This document shows positions 54,678-64,000 of a stretch of DNA of 64,000 nt, piece by piece. The translations under genes were made by a program, and so were the position numbers. Under the pieces are notes generated by a model that saw nothing but the letters and a program-made list of their open reading frames with translations, was not told the DNA's origin and searched no databases. Source of the DNA: Candidatus Daviesbacteria bacterium (GTDB lineage Bacteria > Patescibacteriota > Microgenomatia > Daviesbacterales > UBA10151); NCBI GenBank assembly GCA_041690695.1, contig JBEPVZ010000001.1:14943-78942 (forward strand). Direction: 5' to 3'. Positions within the stretch are counted from its first letter, which is position 1. Each line of letters opens with the position of its first letter.

Positions 54678-57600
54678 AAAAATTATTAAAGAAACCAAAC
54701 TTAAATTATAGTCGTCGAACTTATCTGGCTATTTTGGTCACAGTTATCTTTTTCAGTTTAGCTGCCACGATTTGGGCAGCCATCTCCTCTAATATTGGTA
54801 ACTCTTCAACCACCGCCGCCACCCAAGCCTCAACTGAGAAACATATGGTTCGAACCTCAGAGGGAACGATGCACTCATTTGTTCAAGTTGGAACTCAAAC
54901 CTCGACTTGTGGAGGAGTTGCTAAATCAGGGTTACTTTGGTTTGATTCGACAGATAATGGCGCAACTTGGGTCTGCCAATCCCAACTGTCTTCTGATACG
55001 ACCAATTTAATGTATGCCTCAGCCACAGTTGACTCCTCAGATAACGTTTACGTCGTTTACTCAGTGGCAGTGAACGGCGCCAGTGCTTCAAATGATGTCT
55101 TTTATCAAAAGCTGACTAAGGGCAGTGGAGCAACTTGGACCGTCGGAGCAGCTCAAACAGTCTTGGATGCTAGTGCCTCGACAGGTTATAGCTATGCAGT
55201 TATGGAGGTTGAAGGCACCACTAGGCTTTGGCTCGCAGCTCGCTATTTTGATGGTTCAAATTACCAAGTCACAGTTTATGATTCAAACAACCTAAACGAC
55301 GCACCAACTTGGACTGTTTCGCAAGCGAGTTTAGACACCGCCGGCAACGGTACAACGACCCATTTCCCAGCTATGGTTAGATTTGGTAGTAATATCGGTA
55401 TCCTCTATAATGCTCAACTGCCAACAGCAGTTATGCGCTGGCGGATTCGCAATGATTCTGACGGGTTAACCAGTTGGTCAGCCGAAAATGTGGTATCTGC
55501 CAATTTACCCACTACCCCAACTTTCAGTGCCATTTCTGATAGTGCAGGTAACGTCTATTTTGCTCAAAATAATACCACCAATGTTTTGTTTAATTATTGG
55601 AATGGCTCGACTTGGTCAGCCACGACGGTTGTCTCAGCCACCGCCGCTAGTAATACCTTTGTGTCCTTATCAACCGATGGCACCAATGTTTGGATCTTTT
55701 ATGGAGATACCAATGGCCTCTCGCCAACTTTATCCGGTTCAAGAAAGCTGGTTTATAAAAAGGGCATATTGCCTTATACCGCCACCGAGTTTGATACTAA
55801 TCCAACTAATGCTGTAGCTTACCAAGATACCTTTGATAAATATTGGAGTTTTGTCTCGAGCGCCTATACCAACGATACAGTTGATGCCGGGGATATTGAC
55901 GCCACCAATACCGTCTCAAGTGGAGCCGGTAATGATGTTCAAATGACAACCGCGATTGGTGATATCGCTTATTTCGGAAAAACTGCTAAGTTTGATGCAA
56001 TTTCCTGGGCAATGACCACCAACGGAATCGGAGGAGTAATTGCCTGGGAGTATTGGAATGGTAGTAGTTGGACAGCACTTAGTTTTACAACTTCATCAGC
56101 CCCAAACTTCACGGCCAGTGGCTATGGCGCATTTACCGCCCCAGCAGATTGGGCCACCACCGCTATTAATGGGGAAGGTAGTAGTTTTTTCTATATTCGT
56201 GCTCGAACTACCACCGCCTTTACAACTACCCCGGTCGGCTTCCAAATGACCTCAATTCCATTAATTAATTGGAGTAATTTTCTACCCGCCCCAGTTTCAA
56301 ATACTATTTACGGTCAATGGACTGAAAATGCTAGTTCACCAGTTAAAGTTCGAACCGGCTCGATATCAGTCACAGCCAATACCCCTAACGCCGCTTCAAC
56401 AGCCAATTTAACTGGAGTTATCGGCTATTCCGCAACCAATGTAGCAACTCAACCCTCGAACTTGAGACACATGGTCAAAACATCTGATGGAACGATCCAT
56501 GCTTTTATCCAATCAAGTACCGTTTCACCTTGTGGAGCCAGTACCAGCTCAAATAATGGGATGGGCGTGAACTGGATCTACTCAACTGATTCAGGCTCAA
56601 CTTGGGCTTGCGGAGGGTTACTTTCAAACGACACAACTAATTTGATGTACGCCTCAGCGACGGTTGATTCGTCCGATAATATTTATGTCGTTTATTCCAG
56701 TGCCACGGCTGGGGCTAATGCAAACTTCAAGATTTATTACCGAAAGTTGAAGAAAGGTTCGGGCTCAACCTGGACTGTAGGTTCGCAACAAACGGCTGTT
56801 GATGCTACGTCATCCCAAGGCTTTAATTACGCAACCATCGAGGTTGAAGGAACCACCCGGTTATGGCTGGCAGCTCGCTATTTTGACGGTACAAATTATC
56901 AAGTTTCAGTTTACTATTCTAACGACCAATCAGCCGCTCCAACTTGGACCGTTTCACAAGCCACCTTAAATACCGGTAGTACTGCTTCAATTGATAATAT
57001 TCCCGAGATTGTCAGATTCGGATCGAGTATTGGAGTCGTTTATACAGCTTCAACTGTCAACATAACTCGTTGGAGATATCGCAACGATGGCGATAGCTTA
57101 ACCAGTTGGGTACAGGAATCGAACGTCAGTACTGAAAACTTAGATTCAGCCGCCTTTACCGTGGTTTCAGATGGCAGTAACGTTTACTATGCTTCCAACC
57201 AATTAACAAACATATTCTTCACTTACTGGAACGGTACCGCCTGGCAGCCCACAAATACCATCTCAGCCACCGCCATCGCCGATAACTTAGTTAGTTTATC
57301 AACCGATGGCACCAATGTTTGGATCTTTTACACCGATACCACAAACTTATCCGCCACCTTAACCGGTTCAAGAAAGATGGTTTATAAAAAAGGGGTGGCA
57401 CCGTTTAATGTCGCCAACTTTGACGCCACCGCTACCGCCGTCAACTCTTATGAAGACGTCTTTGATAAATATTGGAGCTTTGTCTCGAGTGCTTATACCA
57501 ATGATACTGTAGATGCAGGTGACCTTGATGCCACTAACACTGCTTCGAGTGGGGCTGGTAATGATTTGCAAATGGTCACCGGAGCTGGGGACATTGCCTA

Positions 57601-60600
57601 CTTCAGCAAAACCGCCAAGTTTGATACCGTCGCCTGGGCCTTAACTACAGCAGGGGTAGGTGGACAGATTGCTTGGGAGTATTGGAACGGTAGTTCTTGG
57701 GTGTCTATTACTAAATTTTTAGGATTAACTGCTCCATCGTTTAGTGCCAGTGGTTATATCAGCTTTATTCCCCCCTCAGATTGGGCAACCACCAGCGTTA
57801 ACAGTGAAGTCACACCTTACTACTACCTCCGGGCTCGAACAATTACCGCATTTACCACCACACCAGTCGGGTTCCAGGTCACATCCATACCTCAAACTAA
57901 CTGGAGTAGCTTCTTAGCCACCCCAATCTCAAATACTGTTTATGGGATGTGGACCGAAAATGGCACATCGCCGACTCGAATTAAACTCAAAGCTCTATCC
58001 GTTACTCCAGAAACTACTGGAACAAGCACGACTAACTTGACTAACCCCGGTGTGGTCGGTTACTCCTCAACCACTGCCGCCACCCAAGTCTCGACCCAAC
58101 ACCATTTGGTTCGAACCTCGGACGGGACTCTCCATGCTTTTATTCAAGCCAGCAGTCGGTTAGCTTGTGGTGGTAGTTCAACTAATAATAACCTCGGGCT
58201 AAACTGGGTCTACTCAACTGATAACGGTGGCACATGGAACTGTGGTGGACAGTTATCAAACGATGTTAGCAACTTGGAATATGCCTCGGCTACGGTTGAT
58301 TCGTCGGATAATATTTATGTCGTTTATTCAGTTATCGCCGATGGCTCAAACGCCGCCTACAGTACTTTTTATCGAAAGTTAACCAAAGGTAGTGGTTCAA
58401 CCTGGACACTCAGCGGAGCCCAAAATGCTCTTGACTCGTCGTCAGGCACAATTGCCTATACTTATTCAACGATTGAAGCTCAAGGCACAACTCGGTTATG
58501 GCTGGCCACACGCTACTTTGACGGCAATAACTATCAGGTCGCCACCTATTACTCAAGTGATATGTCGGCTACGCCGACCTGGACCGCCTCCCAAGTGCCA
58601 CTTGATACCGCTTCAGGTAGCGTCTCTGACCACTACCCGGCCTTAGTCCGATTTGGTTCAAGTATTGGCGTGATTTATAGCGCTCAATTCCCTGCAGCTC
58701 AACAACGCTGGCGGTACCGCAACGACTCAGATGGCTTAACAACCTGGTCTCAAGAAGGGGTAGTCAGTACCGAAAACATGGCCAATGCCACATTTACCGC
58801 CGTTGGAGATACCAACGGTAACGTCTACTATGCCTCAAATAGCACGACCAATATCTTCTTTTCTTATTGGAATGGGACCGTCTGGTCAAACCCAACCACG
58901 GTCAGCGCCACAGCAGCCTCAGTGGCTTTTGTTGGACTATCAACCGATGGCTATAACGTTTGGGTGACTTATGGAGACACCAATGGCGTCTCAGCATCTT
59001 TGCCAGGATCAAGAAAGTTAGTCTACAAAAAGGGTATTCCGCCTTACACCGCCACCGAATTTGATGCTGCCAGCACTAATACCATCGCCAGCGAAGACGT
59101 CTTTGATAAATATTGGAGCTTTGTTTCCAGTGCTTATACCGATAACACCACCGGCGCCAGCAACGTCACCGCCTCAGACACCCAAATGGTAACCGGAGTG
59201 GGTGATATCGCTTATTTCGGAAAACTGGCCAAATTCGATACCGTCGCTTGGGCGTTATCGACGAATGGCACCTCGGGAATTGTGACTTGGGAGTATTGGA
59301 ACGGTAGTGCCTGGGTCGGGTTGACTGATTTCCAAGGATTTTCGGCCCCATCATTTACCTCCGCGGGCTACGTCACCTTTATTCCACCATCGGATTGGGC
59401 AACCACCAAAGTTAATAGTGAAAGTACTGCCTATTATTATCTTCGAGCTCGGACTACCACCGCCTTTGGCACCCCTCCAGTTGGGTTACAGATGATGAGC
59501 ATGCCGTTAATTAGTTGGGGCGGAGTGTTAGCTGCGCCGGTGTCTAATACTATTTATGGTTTATGGAACGAGAACGGTAATGCCCCTGTTCGAGTCAGAA
59601 GCGGTTCATTTACAATTTCCGCTACCACCCCAAATACCGCCAGTGCCGCCAATCTATTACCATCAGTTGCTTCAGCAACTCTTTACTCTTCAACCACCAC
59701 CGCTACTCAGCCATCAACTGAGCGTCACATCGTTCAAACTTCGGACGGAACTCTCCACACCTTTATCCAAGCTGGCAATAGTAGCCCTTGTGGTAACTCA
59801 ACAAGTTCGACTAACGTTGGTAACACTCCTGGACTTGATTGGCTATATTCAACCGATTCTGGCCAAAATTGGAGCTGCGGAGGACAATTATCAAATGATA
59901 TTGCTAGCCTGGTCTACGCCTCAGCGACCGTTGATTCAGCCGATAATATTTATGTTGTTTACTCAATGGCAGTTAATGGTTCTAATGCTGCGGCAGATGT
60001 TTACTATCGAAAGTTAACTAAAGGTAGTGGGTCAACTTGGACTCTAGGATCATCCCAAACCGTTTTAGATGCAAGTGCCACTCAGGGCTATAGTTATGCC
60101 ACAATCGAAGCCGAAGGAACTAATCGATTATGGCTTGCTGTTCGTTATTTCGATAACGTCAACTATCAAGTCTCAGTTTATTATTCAAACGACCTGTCTG
60201 ACACTCCAACTTGGACAGCATCTCAAACGACTTTAGATACAGCTGGAAATGCTGCGACTAGTCACTATCCGGCATTGGTTAGATTTGGTAGTAATATTGG
60301 AGTCATTTACAACGAGCAAGCCACCAGTAATATGCGTTGGCGATATCGGGCTGATTCAGATGGAGTGACTAGCTGGAATAGTGAAGCAACTGTTTCATCA
60401 ACCAATCCCGTTAGCCCAACTTTTTCGGCCGCTGGTAATACCTCCTCAAGTAATGTTTATGTGGCGATGAATGTAGGTACTAATGTTATCTTTACGGCCT
60501 GGACGGGAGCAGCGTGGTCAGCGAATGCCACCGTTTCATCACTCGCCGCAAGTGCAGCCTTTGTATCCGTCTCAACCGTCGGCTCAAACGTTGAGGTTTA

Positions 60601-63600
60601 TTATGGCGATACGACCGGTTTGTCAGGGACTTTATCAGGCTCAAGAAAGTTGGTTTACAAACAAGGGGTCTCGCCTTACGCCACTGCCAATTTTGATACC
60701 AACCCAACTCAAGCCGTTTCCTACCACGGGACTTTTGATAAATATTGGAGTTTTGTCTCAAGTGCCTATGTTAACGATACGACGGATGCCGCCGATGTCG
60801 ATGCGACCAACACCGGCTCAAGCGGCGCCGGCAATGATATGCAGATGGTCACGGCGGCTGGAGATATTGCTTATTTTGGAAAAACCGCTAAATTTGATAC
60901 CGTAGCCTGGGCGCTAACAACTGCAGGAATTGGTGGCCAAATTGTCTGGGAATATTGGAATGGCTCAAGTTGGGTACCAATTAATAAGTTCCTAGGGGTA
61001 TCGGCACCATCATTTACCGCCTCAGGTTACATTAGCTTTATTCCACCATCTGATTGGGCAACCACGGCGGTCAATAGCGAAGGCTCAAGTTTTTACTATC
61101 TTCGGGCCCGAACGATTACCAATTTCACGACCACCCCAGTCGGTTTCCAAGCAGCTTCTATCCCACAGATCAACTGGGCCTCGGCTGTTCAAAATGCCGC
61201 TAATTTGTACTATATCTGGGCAGAAAATGCTAATACTCCAGTTCGAGTTCGTTACTCAGCCTACATTTACAACGTGGCTCCAAATGTCCCGAGTGCGCTT
61301 GGCCCAAGTAATTTAGTTGATGGCAGCGCCACCAATAGCAGTCAGCCAACCCTGACCTTTACAACCAGCGATACTAATATTGGCGACACTGTCCAATATA
61401 GAATTCAGATTGATGACTCATCTGATTTCGCCTCTCCCGTCGTCGACTATACATCGGCACTGGCAGCAACCGGAGCGACCAGTTTTACAGTTGGCCAAGC
61501 AGCTGGTAGTGGAAGTTATACGGTTGGCTCATCCTCTCAAACCCTGTCCGATGGCTCATATTATTGGAGAGTCCAATTAACGGACTTGGGAGGATTAAGT
61601 TCTTCAAATACCACCGCCAACGGGGGAGCGGTAGCTTTCCAAGTTGATACCACTCATCCAACTAGCAATACTACAACCATTACGATGCTCCGAGGCAATG
61701 GGGGAACGGTCGTCACTTCAAATGGCTGGACTAAGCAAAATACTCCTTATTTCTCATGGGACGCTGGGACTGACAATGTCGGAGGATCTGGAGTCAAAGG
61801 CTATTGTCTTTATCTTGGGACGGATATAGCGGGAGATCCAGCCACCAGCAAAGGCTTACTTGGGACAAGTCCAGTCTCAACGACTGGTAGCACTTGTCAA
61901 TTTATCATTTCTACGACCTCGATTGATCTGTCCACCTTGGCTTATCAAGGTGGAACTTGGCTGACGACTTCGTCCTCACCTTATTATTTAAATATTAAGA
62001 TTATTGATAGCGTTAATAATGTTTATTCGGGATCTTCGACTCAGTTCCAATTTAGATACGATAACGTTATCCCAAATAACGTCGCCTTCATTAATCCAGC
62101 TTCCGGGAACTTTAGTAACGTCGTTGATATGAGTTTTGCCTGGCCAACCACTGGTGCATCAAGTGCCACCGATACTACAGCCGGAGTGTTAGGTTGGCAA
62201 TACCAGATTAACTCAACAAGTGGAACATGGCTTGGGACCACCACAAATACTGGACTAGGTGTTAGTTATATTCCAACAACTGATAATTCTTATACTTTAA
62301 CTAGTCTTCAAGATGGTCCGTCGATCGTCAGCGGCAATAATACGATCTATTTTAGAACGATCGATACGGCTGGGAATGTTTCAAGTGATGCCACCATTCG
62401 AACTGGGGTTTTGCAGTTTGGTGGAGCAGCCCCAAGCTTTAGTGGAGGATCAACCGTTAGTGTCAGTCCATCAACCTCAACCACCAATGGCTTTACCTTA
62501 TCCTGGCCAGCCGCAACAGCCACTGGGGGGCAAAATGTCACCCATTACTACTACATGATCAACACCACCCCTCCCGCCAGTCTAGCCACCCTCCAAGGGA
62601 ACTCTTCTGCCTATATTGATAATGGCACTTCATTGAATGTCCCCGCCACTGCTTTAACTAATGTTAATAAAGGCACCAATACCGTTTATGTGGTGGCAAT
62701 CGATGATGCGACTACTCCAAACTATTCACCAAGTAGTTACATCTCGGGAACCTTTACCCTTAATTCGACGAGCCCTGATAACGTCGGTAACTTAATTGCG
62801 ACTGATTCCTCGATTAAGTCGATCTCCCAATGGAATGTGACCTTAACCTGGACCGCCCCAGCTTACCAAGGAGCTGGCAATTTAACTTATCTGGTTTATC
62901 GCTCAACGGATAACTCCAGTTTTTCTCAAGTCGGTAGCTCGACCGGATTATCCTATGTCGATGGAGCCCCAGATTCATCCTTGTTTTATTACAAAGTTTA
63001 TTCAAAAGATGGAGCTAATTCCCAAAGCTCAGGCACAAACTCAGTTTCAATTACCCCAACTGGAAAATGGACATCTGCTCCTGACTTAGATACTGGTCCA
63101 ACCGAAAGTAATATTACGACTAAAAATGCCACTATTATCTGGAGCACTAGTCGCTCGGCTGATTCGAAAATTGCCTATGGAACATCGTCCGGTAGCTATG
63201 GGGCAGTTGAACCTTCCAGTTCAACCCAAACGACCTCCCATTCTATTCAATTAACTGGCCTAACTCCAGGCACAACCTATTATTACGTCGCAAAATGGAC
63301 CGATGAGGATGGAAATACAGGCTCCTCATCAGAAAAGAACTTTCAAACCGCTCCAGCGCCAACTGTTCAAGATGTCTCAGCCACTAATGTGGGCTTAGAT
63401 TCGGCAATTATTAATTTCACCTCGGTAGGCGCTTCCTCAGTTAAAATTTATTATGGAACAACAGTTGCCTTTGGAGCAGTCAAAGAGATCTCAACCTCAA
63501 TAGCCTCAACAGCTTATACCGCTCAATTAATAGGCTTGGCTGATGGCACAAAATATTATTATAAAATTAACACCTTTGATAGCGATGGCAGTGAATACGA

Positions 63601-64000
63601 TGGTACCGCCTTAGACTTTACAACTTTGCCCAGGCCGAAAATCTCTGGGGTCCGAATTCAACAGGTTAGTAATACCGCTCAAACCGAACTACTCATCTCC
63701 TGGACAACTAATACCGAAGTGTCCTCAATCGTGACCTATTATCCCGAAGGCAACCCTGGAGCCTCAAGAGATGAAGTTAATGTCGCCCTCATTAAAGGTC
63801 CGCACCAGGTTATTATTAGAAGCTTACTCCCACAAAGCCCGTATTTACTCCAAGTTAAAGGTCGTGATAAGGCCGGCAACGAAGCCTCATCTGATATCCA
63901 AAAACTAACCACGGCGACAGACACCCGACCTCCTCAAATTTCAAGTTTAGATGTTGAAGGTTCAAATGTTCCAGCAGTCAGTTCAAACGGTCAAGAATCA
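54674..64000 (+). CDS. giant secreted/surface protein (>3100 aa, runs off the window): four tandem ~545-aa Asp-box propeller-containing repeats followed by FN3-like domains
   Basis: ATG 54674 (MKKLLKKP...YLAILVTVIFFSLAATIWA); in frame at every point checked up to base 64000 and absent from the track, consistent with no stop; S-T-D-x-G-x-T/N-W Asp boxes; later LTPGTTYYYV-type FN3 motifs. Confidence 0.85.
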   Translation, partial: MKKLLKKPNLNYSRRTYLAILVTVIFFSLAATIWAAISSNIGNSSTTAATQASTEKHMVRTSEGTMHSFVQVGTQTSTCGGVAKSGLLWFDSTDNGATWVCQSQLSSDTTNLMYASATVDSSDNVYVVYSVAVNGASASNDVFYQKLTKGSGATWTVGAAQTVLDASASTGYSYAVMEVEGTTRLWLAARYFDGSNYQVTVYDSNNLNDAPTWTVSQASLDTAGNGTTTHFPAMVRFGSNIGILYNAQLPTAVMRWRIRNDSDGLTSWSAENVVSANLPTTPTFSAISDSAGNVYFAQNNTTNVLFNYWNGSTWSATTVVSATAASNTFVSLSTDGTNVWIFYGDTNGLSPTLSGSRKLVYKKGILPYTATEFDTNPTNAVAYQDTFDKYWSFVSSAYTNDTVDAGDIDATNTVSSGAGNDVQMTTAIGDIAYFGKTAKFDAISWAMTTNGIGGVIAWEYWNGSSWTALSFTTSSAPNFTASGYGAFTAPADWATTAINGEGSSFFYIRARTTTAFTTTPVGFQMTSIPLINWSNFLPAPVSNTIYGQWTENASSPVKVRTGSISVTANTPNAASTANLTGVIGYSATNVATQPSNLRHMVKTSDGTIHAFIQSSTVSPCGASTSSNNGMGVNWIYSTDSGSTWACGGLLSNDTTNLMYASATVDSSDNIYVVYSSATAGANANFKIYYRKLKKGSGSTWTVGSQQTAVDATSSQGFNYATIEVEGTTRLWLAARYFDGTNYQVSVYYSNDQSAAPTWTVSQATLNTGSTASIDNIPEIVRFGSSIGVVYTASTVNITRWRYRNDGDSLTSWVQESNVSTENLDSAAFTVVSDGSNVYYASNQLTNIFFTYWNGTAWQPTNTISATAIADNLVSLSTDGTNVWIFYTDTTNLSATLTGSRKMVYKKGVAPFNVANFDATATAVNSYEDVFDKYWSFVSSAYTNDTVDAGDLDATNTASSGAGNDLQMVTGAGDIAYFSKTAKFDTVAWALTTAGVGGQIAWEYWNGSSWVSITKFLGLTAPSFSASGYISFIPPSDWATTSVNSEVTPYYYLRARTITAFTTTPVGFQVTSIPQTNWSSFLATPISNTVYGMWTENGTSPTRIKLKALSVTPETTGTSTTNLTNPGVVGYSSTTAATQVSTQHHLVRTSDGTLHAFIQASSRLACGGSSTNNNLGLNWVYSTDNGGTWNCGGQLSNDVSNLEYASATVDSSDNIYVVYSVIADGSNAAYSTFYRKLTKGSGSTWTLSGAQNALDSSSGTIAYTYSTIEAQGTTRLWLATRYFDGNNYQVATYYSSDMSATPTWTASQVPLDTASGSVSDHYPALVRFGSSIGVIYSAQFPAAQQRWRYRNDSDGLTTWSQEGVVSTENMANATFTAVGDTNGNVYYASNSTTNIFFSYWNGTVWSNPTTVSATAASVAFVGLSTDGYNVWVTYGDTNGVSASLPGSRKLVYKKGIPPYTATEFDAASTNTIASEDVFDKYWSFVSSAYTDNTTGASNVTASDTQMVTGVGDIAYFGKLAKFDTVAWALSTNGTSGIVTWEYWNGSAWVGLTDFQGFSAPSFTSAGYVTFIPPSDWATTKVNSESTAYYYLRARTTTAFGTPPVGLQMMSMPLISWGGVLAAPVSNTIYGLWNENGNAPVRVRSGSFTISATTPNTASAANLLPSVASATLYSSTTTATQPSTERHIVQTSDGTLHTFIQAGNSSPCGNSTSSTNVGNTPGLDWLYSTDSGQNWSCGGQLSNDIASLVYASATVDSADNIYVVYSMAVNGSNAAADVYYRKLTKGSGSTWTLGSSQTVLDASATQGYSYATIEAEGTNRLWLAVRYFDNVNYQVSVYYSNDLSDTPTWTASQTTLDTAGNAATSHYPALVRFGSNIGVIYNEQATSNMRWRYRADSDGVTSWNSEATVSSTNPVSPTFSAAGNTSSSNVYVAMNVGTNVIFTAWTGAAWSANATVSSLAASAAFVSVSTVGSNVEVYYGDTTGLSGTLSGSRKLVYKQGVSPYATANFDTNPTQAVSYHGTFDKYWSFVSSAYVNDTTDAADVDATNTGSSGAGNDMQMVTAAGDIAYFGKTAKFDTVAWALTTAGIGGQIVWEYWNGSSWVPINKFLGVSAPSFTASGYISFIPPSDWATTAVNSEGSSFYYLRARTITNFTTTPVGFQAASIPQINWASAVQNAANLYYIWAENANTPVRVRYSAYIYNVAPNVPSALGPSNLVDGSATNSSQPTLTFTTSDTNIGDTVQYRIQIDDSSDFASPVVDYTSALAATGATSFTVGQAAGSGSYTVGSSSQTLSDGSYYWRVQLTDLGGLSSSNTTANGGAVAFQVDTTHPTSNTTTITMLRGNGGTVVTSNGWTKQNTPYFSWDAGTDNVGGSGVKGYCLYLGTDIAGDPATSKGLLGTSPVSTTGSTCQFIISTTSIDLSTLAYQGGTWLTTSSSPYYLNIKIIDSVNNVYSGSSTQFQFRYDNVIPNNVAFINPASGNFSNVVDMSFAWPTTGASSATDTTAGVLGWQYQINSTSGTWLGTTTNTGLGVSYIPTTDNSYTLTSLQDGPSIVSGNNTIYFRTIDTAGNVSSDATIRTGVLQFGGAAPSFSGGSTVSVSPSTSTTNGFTLSWPAATATGGQNVTHYYYMINTTPPASLATLQGNSSAYIDNGTSLNVPATALTNVNKGTNTVYVVAIDDATTPNYSPSSYISGTFTLNSTSPDNVGNLIATDSSIKSISQWNVTLTWTAPAYQGAGNLTYLVYRSTDNSSFSQVGSSTGLSYVDGAPDSSLFYYKVYSKDGANSQSSGTNSVSITPTGKWTSAPDLDTGPTESNITTKNATIIWSTSRSADSKIAYGTSSGSYGAVEPSSSTQTTSHSIQLTGLTPGTTYYYVAKWTDEDGNTGSSSEKNFQTAPAPTVQDVSATNVGLDSAIINFTSVGASSVKIYYGTTVAFGAVKEISTSIASTAYTAQLIGLADGTKYYYKINTFDSDGSEYDGTALDFTTLPRPKISGVRIQQVSNTAQTELLISWTTNTEVSSIVTYYPEGNPGASRDEVNVALIKGPHQVIIRSLLPQSPYLLQVKGRDKAGNEASSDIQKLTTATDTRPPQISSLDVEGSNVPAVSSNGQES
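54818..61265 (+). repeat. four intragenic tandem repeats of about 1.63 kb
   Basis: TTTGATAAATATTGGAG recurs at 55832, 57461, 59102 and 60734; unit starts (ATQ motif) at 54818, 56444, 58079 and 59702. Confidence 0.9.

Noticed and set aside
54818-61265. Possible diversity-generating retroelement or CRISPR explanation for the repeats
   Set aside because: The repeats are in-frame 1.6-kb protein modules, differences are not adenine-specific, and no reverse transcriptase, cas gene or repeat-spacer array was seen in the window.
54795-63924. Many short ORFs in the track across the right end
   Set aside because: They are alternative-frame or antisense shadows of the single giant ORF starting at 54674.

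Overview
This 64-kb window looks like a Patescibacteria (CPR) chromosome, most likely Microgenomates-type. That assignment is inferred from the AT-rich sequence, salvage-heavy gene content, many orphan ORFs and giant surface proteins; the genetic code is 11. It carries 7 tRNA genes plus one decayed tRNA, housekeeping genes (obgE, murA, tsaC, tag) and several accessory blocks. (1) Two integrase-less islands sit at the 3' ends of tRNA-Leu and tRNA-Gln. Their far borders are att-like half-sites in which a GTTC motif lies exactly 5 bp further from the core than in the tRNA, the attP/attB geometry of large serine recombinases; the tRNA-Leu site is a tandem cassette array. (2) The tRNA-Gln island holds a compact candidate biosynthetic cluster: asd, aspartokinase, preATP-grasp ligase, minimal Zn peptidase, Orn/Lys/Arg decarboxylase and class-III aminotransferase. 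(3) Two surface proteins share a C-terminal stalk/anchor but have different heads; one head is DUF4185/GH183-like, and the other gene is flanked by a 108-bp duplication of a DHFR-family 5' end. (4) A >3100-aa ORF with four ~545-aa repeats runs off the right edge and is missing from the ORF track. (5) An HNH gene terminates inside an atypical tRNA-Phe, next to a pseudo-tRNA and a remote PvcA/Dit1-like gene. (6) A leaderless promoter architecture is widespread. All protein calls come from motif recognition by eye; no database searches were run.
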